From positions 54,699,923-54,763,922 of the forward strand of contig NC_085844.1 of NCBI RefSeq assembly GCF_035594765.1: 64,000 bases of DNA, given 5' to 3'. Source of the DNA: Anolis carolinensis. Lineage: Eukaryota. Position numbers and translations under genes: made by a program. Under the pieces are notes generated by a model. It worked only from the letters and a program-made list of their open reading frames with translations, was not told the DNA's origin and made no database searches. Numbering within the stretch: the stretch's first letter is position 1; every line of letters begins with the position of its first letter. Below are positions 63,605-64,000 of this stretch, in pieces.

Positions 63605-64000
63605 CATCGCCAAGTATCCAGATTGAGCTTCATGTCAACTGCATGCATCCCCAGCCACCACTGATTCCAAAGTTTTGTTGAAGTCAGCCATTTTTGCTCT
63701 TGGATCTAGTGAAACGGAGAGATGGATTTCATTTCGAAAATGAGCTGACAGCACGTAAATCTCTGGGCAAATATATCTAGCATTTTCTTCAACTATTGCA
63801 CAGAAAGGGAGATGGATGCTATAAGGCAAATTCCAACATAAATAGAAATCCAGCACCTCTTCCAGTCAGAGCGGAATACTGGAAATGCAGTATTCAGTCC
63901 CTAGGACACAGAAGCAATATGAAAAGATGGCACAGTCAATGGTATCCAATGGTTTTGCTTTTATCTTTGGAAAGGACTGGAATAGCAATGGTTCAATTGT

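Noticed and set aside
51093-64000. Next CHST9 coding exon
   Set aside because: No phase-1 exon resembling the following CHST9 stem residues was found; intron 2 is very long in mammals, so it probably lies outside the window

Overview
Vertebrate genomic DNA, almost certainly a squamate (Anolis-like): it carries Sauria SINEs with (ACCTTT)n tails plus RTE, Vingi, CR1, L1, L2 and Penelope retroelements and hAT, Tc1-mariner and Harbinger MITEs. The window holds the 5' part of a CHST9 orthologue on the + strand. The first coding exon is 50870-51092 ([34 protein letters not shown]) and a GC/CpG-rich putative promoter and non-coding exon 1 lie at about 23850-24157. Almost all ORFs in the supplied track are transposon fragments or chance. 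I found no convincing new multi-gene system. The most unusual items are: (i) a 999-bp hAT element filled with an alternating-orientation palindrome-of-palindromes whose loops occur in both orientations; (ii) an ATG-TAG start-stop element at the position of the mammalian CHST9 start codon; (iii) an old inverted duplication bracketing the putative CHST9 promoter; (iv) a 397-bp bipartite RTE derivative with its own TSD, whose full-length parent is in the same window; (v) minimal hammerhead ribozyme motifs in Penelope ends; (vi) a nematode-RTE-like fragment; (vii) an apparently exact 443-bp triplication. Family names come from recognition rather than database searches, and the boundaries of degraded repeats are approximate.
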